From the NCBI GenBank assembly GCA_017622085.1, contig JAGARU010000030.1:53658-117657 (forward strand): DNA of 64,000 bases. Reading direction: 5' to 3'. A program made the position numbers and the translations under genes. Each line of letters starts with the position of its first letter. Within the stretch, counting starts at the first letter, position 1. Shown in pieces: positions 59,765-64,000 of this stretch. The notes beneath the pieces were generated by a model, which did no database searches, was not told the origin of the DNA, and was given only the letters and a program-made list of their open reading frames with translations. Source of the stretch: Clostridia bacterium. GTDB taxonomy: Bacteria > Bacillota > Clostridia > Oscillospirales > CAG-272.

Positions 59765-62187
59765 AGAATTTAACATATATTTCTCTTTTTAGCAGTGCAG
59801 GAGTAGGTTGCTATGGCTTTAAAAACGCGGGATTCGATTGCGTTGCTACTTGTGAATTAATATCTCAGAGAATGGATGTCCAAAAAGCCAATTCAAAATG
59901 TAAATATGATAGTGGATATATAGTAGGGGATATTACCTCAGACAATATTAAAAGCAAACTGTATAACGAAATTGACTTTTGGAACAAACACGAAGGCATA
60001 GCAGACATAGATGTCATTGTTGCTACTCCTCCTTGTCAAGGAATGAGCACAGCAAACTATAAAAAAGGTGATGAAACCAAAAGAAATTCATTAGTAGTAG
60101 AAGCAATTTCAATTATAAACCGAGTTAAACCTAAAGTGTTTGTATTTGAAAATGTTTCTGCGTTTCTAAAAACTATTTGCACGGATTTAAACGGAAACGC
60201 TGTAACCATCAATGATTGTATTACTAACAATTTATCAAATGATTATTACATATATTCAAATGTAATAAATTTCAAAGACTATGGTGTTCCATCCAGTAGA
60301 CCACGAACGATAGTAATTGGCACAAGAAAAGATTTGATTAATATAAGTCCTTTAAACATTTTCCCAGTAAAAACAAAGGAAATCACTGTAAGGCAAACAA
60401 TTTCCGACCTGCCTTCTTTAAAATTCGGTGAAATCTCTGAATCCGACATTTATCATATGTTTAGAGAGTATCCTCAATATATGGAAGAATGGATTAGTCA
60501 TATCAAAGAGGGCGAAAGTGCTTTTAGCAATGAAGAACAATATCGACCTTACAAAATAGTAAACGGAAAAAGAGAGATATTAAAGGGTGCCTATATGGGC
60601 AATAAATTTAGACGTTTACTATGGGATAAGCCCTGTCCTTGTATTGCCACAAGAAACGACCAATTAGCAAGTCAAAGCACTATTCATCCTGTTGACAATA
60701 GAGTTTTAAGCATTAGAGAATTAATGCGATTGATGACTATTCCAGACGATTTTAAATGGACAACAGAAAATATAGATTCTTTCACAACACTGAGCCAAAA
60801 GAAAGCTTTTTTGAAGAGAAACGAATTAAATATTAGACGTTGCATTGGCGAAGCTGTTCCAACTCATATTATGTTTTCAATAGCTTCAAGAATAAAAACC
60901 ATTTTAGAATTTCAAAACTTTGTTGATTGTTATTATAAGAACAAAGAACTTGCTTTGAAATCTTTTGCACGAAATTTTTATATTGATACATTTATAGCAG
61001 AACAGAACTTGACTAATGCCAAAGGTACAGGTTCGTATTACACACCACAATCTGTAGTTTTTGAAGCACTTTCCTCATATAAATATGAGGAAGGACAAAG
61101 GCTTAGTGTTCTTGAGCCTTCCGTGGGACTGGGTGCGTTTTTACCACAATTATTTGTATTGTTGCAAGATTGTTCAGTAGTTAATTTAGACCTATGCGAT
61201 ATAGACGAAAAAACAATATTCAATTTAAAATCATACTTAGAAACATTAGACTATCCCACTGAAATATTCAAGCTAAATTTCATATGTGATGATTTTCTGC
61301 TTACTACAAAGATAAAGTCAAAATACGATTTAATAATTTCAAATCCACCATTCGTTAATGCAGAAAAAAACGAGTTAAAGATTTACAGAAAAAACTCGAA
61401 AATGAACAAGACAAAAAACACATTTGCCTTTTTTCTAAAAAAGTTTTTTGATTTATCGGATGAAATAATTACTATTTTACCAAAAAGCTTTCTTATGGCT
61501 TCTGAATATGATGATGTAAGAAATGATGCTGAAAAATATAATTTAGTAAAAATAGTCGATTTTGGAGTTAAGTATTTTAAAACCGTTTTTGTTGAAATAA
61601 TTTCTATACATTTCAAAAAGAATTATTTTGGATTGACTCTTGTTGAAAGCAAGTTAACTGATGAAAATTTCACTCATAAGCAAGGGTATATTTTTCACAA
61701 AAAATGTTGGTTGATTTATAGAAATGATTGGTTCGATAAATACATTTCTAAGTTGGAATTAGATATCTTCTCTTTCTTTAGAGATAGACAAATGACTAAT
61801 AAATATTTGTCTAATGAGGGAGATATTAGAGTTTTACGTTCTAAAAACATTTTGGATAATGGAGATATTGTAGAAATCAACGGATACGATAAATATATCA
61901 GCAAATCCGTTCTTGAAAATTTTGCTGTATCAAAATTTATCAACCAAGACTGTATAATAATGCCTAATTTTACATACAACACACGTGCTTCTATTCTTCC
62001 TAAGAATTGCGTTCCTAATGGTTCAATTGCAATATTGATTCCTAACAAAAAATTACGAAAACAGATAGATTTGAACTATTATGCAACCGATGATTTTAGA
62101 AAATATTATGCGATTGTGAAAAACAATGCAAAATTCACTATCAATATTGATAGCAATTCAATATATTACATAGGAGTTTTAAAATGA
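59761..62187 (+). CDS. Fused cytosine-C5 plus amino (probably adenine-N6) DNA methyltransferase
   Basis: N-half: SLFSSAG, PPCQGMS, FENV, RPR, LSIRELMRL, IGEAVP (m5C motifs). C-half: GSYYTP, LEPSVGLGAF, ISNPPF (gamma-class amino-MTase). Confidence 0.93.
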   Translation: MKNLTYISLFSSAGVGCYGFKNAGFDCVATCELISQRMDVQKANSKCKYDSGYIVGDITSDNIKSKLYNEIDFWNKHEGIADIDVIVATPPCQGMSTANYKKGDETKRNSLVVEAISIINRVKPKVFVFENVSAFLKTICTDLNGNAVTINDCITNNLSNDYYIYSNVINFKDYGVPSSRPRTIVIGTRKDLINISPLNIFPVKTKEITVRQTISDLPSLKFGEISESDIYHMFREYPQYMEEWISHIKEGESAFSNEEQYRPYKIVNGKREILKGAYMGNKFRRLLWDKPCPCIATRNDQLASQSTIHPVDNRVLSIRELMRLMTIPDDFKWTTENIDSFTTLSQKKAFLKRNELNIRRCIGEAVPTHIMFSIASRIKTILEFQNFVDCYYKNKELALKSFARNFYIDTFIAEQNLTNAKGTGSYYTPQSVVFEALSSYKYEEGQRLSVLEPSVGLGAFLPQLFVLLQDCSVVNLDLCDIDEKTIFNLKSYLETLDYPTEIFKLNFICDDFLLTTKIKSKYDLIISNPPFVNAEKNELKIYRKNSKMNKTKNTFAFFLKKFFDLSDEIITILPKSFLMASEYDDVRNDAEKYNLVKIVDFGVKYFKTVFVEIISIHFKKNYFGLTLVESKLTDENFTHKQGYIFHKKCWLIYRNDWFDKYISKLELDIFSFFRDRQMTNKYLSNEGDIRVLRSKNILDNGDIVEINGYDKYISKSVLENFAVSKFINQDCIIMPNFTYNTRASILPKNCVPNGSIAILIPNKKLRKQIDLNYYATDDFRKYYAIVKNNAKFTINIDSNSIYYIGVLK

Positions 62188-63467
62188 TTAATCGAATTTT
62201 AAATATCGCTTCGGATGTTTCACTTTCTAAAACCACAGGCAAATTTATGTCCGATAAAGCCTACGGATTTGACACAGTATTTTTTATTTCAAAATTTATT
62301 TTACATAATAGCATAAACAACTCTTTTGATAAATCAAATCTTCGTCAAAAAGCAATAGATTATATCGAAGATATTTTTCAATTAACTAAAGGAACTGCTG
62401 GAGCTGTAAATTATTTTCTTGAAACAATAAATTGGCTTGAATTTTCAAACGTTCTTGTTAAAACAGGAAGAAATACTTATTTGGTTAAGGAACGAGATGT
62501 GTTAGAATATCTTGCCGAAACCTCTGAAAATTCATATATTTTCAATTATTTAGTTGCTTATCAGTGCTTTAAAAATGACGGACTACTTCCTTCGTTTGAC
62601 AAATATTGTTCAGAAAAAGATTTATCAAAGAAAGAAGAAATAGTTAAGGATATATATAAAGTTTTCTGCAAGCTTTCTCCAAGTATTGGTACTCCTGACA
62701 CGCAGTGGTCAAAGCAATTAGTAAAATATCCTTTCTTGGTTTTAGGTTTTATTAATAATCAAAGAAAAGTAACAAGAGAATTACGTGTAAAAGAAGAATT
62801 TTTGACAATTGAAGATGTTGCACTAAATATTGAAGGCACTCGTTCTCCAATTTATTTACCAAAGAAAAACGATTATTTAAAAACATTTAATGTAAATTAT
62901 GTTAGATACTACTTAAAGGGCTACTTGTTCGTTTCTTATAGTAAGATTCAAACCTCTGAAATCATTATTGTTGATAGCTTTGGTACAAACCTTGCAGAAT
63001 TAAAGCTTGCAATGTTGGATGATTCAAAAAATGGTGTTTCTATGTCTGAATTAGATAAAGAACAGTATATTAAAAACGTTGTAAAAACACGAAATCAATC
63101 TATTCAACATCAATTTAGAAAGGGACTCCTTGATAATAACGAACACGTATGTCCTATTTGTGGTTTCTGTTTTGAAGAATTTTTAATTGCAAGTCATATC
63201 AAACCATATTCAAAATGCGATGATACATATGATGCTATCAATCATTACAATGGTCTTTTGCTATGTCCTAATCACGATAAATTGTTTGAAGATGCAAAAC
63301 ATATGACTATTGATGCCAAAACTGGAGAAATTATTTTGTCCCCTTCTGCTCAAAACTCTGTTGATTTTGGTGGTTTGAAGGGAAAATTTGTAGCTCGTCC
63401 ATACATTGATAATGAACGTAGGCACTATCTAAAATGGCATAATGAAAGATTTATTGCATTAAAGTAA
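62184..63467 (+). CDS. HNH endonuclease (putative cognate restriction enzyme)
   Basis: C-terminal CPICG...LIASHIKPYS...NGLLLCPNHDKLF; ATGA overlap with the MTase. Confidence 0.88.
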   Translation: MINRILNIASDVSLSKTTGKFMSDKAYGFDTVFFISKFILHNSINNSFDKSNLRQKAIDYIEDIFQLTKGTAGAVNYFLETINWLEFSNVLVKTGRNTYLVKERDVLEYLAETSENSYIFNYLVAYQCFKNDGLLPSFDKYCSEKDLSKKEEIVKDIYKVFCKLSPSIGTPDTQWSKQLVKYPFLVLGFINNQRKVTRELRVKEEFLTIEDVALNIEGTRSPIYLPKKNDYLKTFNVNYVRYYLKGYLFVSYSKIQTSEIIIVDSFGTNLAELKLAMLDDSKNGVSMSELDKEQYIKNVVKTRNQSIQHQFRKGLLDNNEHVCPICGFCFEEFLIASHIKPYSKCDDTYDAINHYNGLLLCPNHDKLFEDAKHMTIDAKTGEIILSPSAQNSVDFGGLKGKFVARPYIDNERRHYLKWHNERFIALK

Positions 63468-63518
63468 TATTTGCAAATTTCATTTATTAAAAAATAGTAT
63501 TTTCAAAGAGGAAAAATA

Positions 63519-64000
63519 ATGACAGAAAATAATTCTAAAACCTTGGAAGAATTTTTTTACGATATTATTACTGATTATGTTGAAACTTGTCAAGTGCAAC
63601 AATTTGATAGTAATATAATAGTTACGTATGATATGAAAGAAGAATATATCAAATTAAGAAACGACCTTGTTGAAAATGGCAAAAGAAACCCTGATGATAT
63701 TCAAAAATATAATGGTCTAACTGTTCAACCCAAAGAAACAAACGGAGTATTTACAATATTACTAAATGCAAACTATATGTTAGAAAATTATCAAAACAAT
63801 ACAATTGATTGGGTTGGTACTCTTGTACACGAAGCAGTACACGTTAATGATTTCAAAGATTATTTTCAATTGGTTAACGCTACATCATATGACGAATTAT
63901 ATGAATATAACCCACACGCAATTTTTTTGCATTGGACAGAATTTCACGCAAGAGCTATCGGTCATTATTTTTTAAGAAAATATACACTTGATGATTTTAA
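63519..64000 (+). CDS. HEXXH zincin-like hypothetical protein (runs off the right edge)
   Basis: Manual translation from ATG 63519 after AGAGG: MTENNSKTLEEFFYD...GTLVHEAVHVNDF...HWTEFHARAIG. Confidence 0.7.
   Translation, partial: MTENNSKTLEEFFYDIITDYVETCQVQQFDSNIIVTYDMKEEYIKLRNDLVENGKRNPDDIQKYNGLTVQPKETNGVFTILLNANYMLENYQNNTIDWVGTLVHEAVHVNDFKDYFQLVNATSYDELYEYNPHAIFLHWTEFHARAIGHYFLRKYTLDDF

Larger units (their letters stand above)
56203..64000. mobile_element. AT-rich integrated element / defence island next to tRNA-Gln (right end outside the window)
   Basis: Abrupt drop in GC by eye; terminal large serine recombinase pointing toward the tRNA; RM-type cargo. The left boundary is approximate. 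Confidence 0.8.

Overview
Chromosomal window from a moderately GC-rich Clostridia-like Firmicute. The assignment is inferred from CIRCE-groESL, the ispH-rpsA fusion, rpsD inside the alpha operon and Zn-binding S14/L32/L36. Positions 1-8.2 kb hold the 5' part of alaS and housekeeping genes. Positions 8.8-25 kb hold the complete S10-spc-alpha ribosomal protein superoperon, with a long structured leader and three unusually long, hairpin-rich intercistronic spacers. Next come an AGCS transporter, groESL, a ~2.9 kb AT-rich insertion (AAA_14 ATPase, SHOCT protein), an orphan radical SAM/SPASM-like gene behind tRNA-Ala, an HTH-TPR regulator with an ABC exporter, MscS, two divergent heterodimeric ABC exporters, hpf, topB, asd and the cmk-plsC-ispH/rpsA operon. 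From tRNA-Gln (56.1 kb) to the window end lies a strongly AT-rich integrated element. It carries a large serine recombinase, a ~118-nt rod-like hairpin, an unannotated 42-aa ORF, five copies of an ACAAGCACACG motif around a small HTH gene, an XRE / fused m5C+m6A methyltransferase / HNH nuclease operon, and a truncated HEXXH protein. All calls come from reading the sequence and recognising motifs by eye; no searches or folding programs were run.
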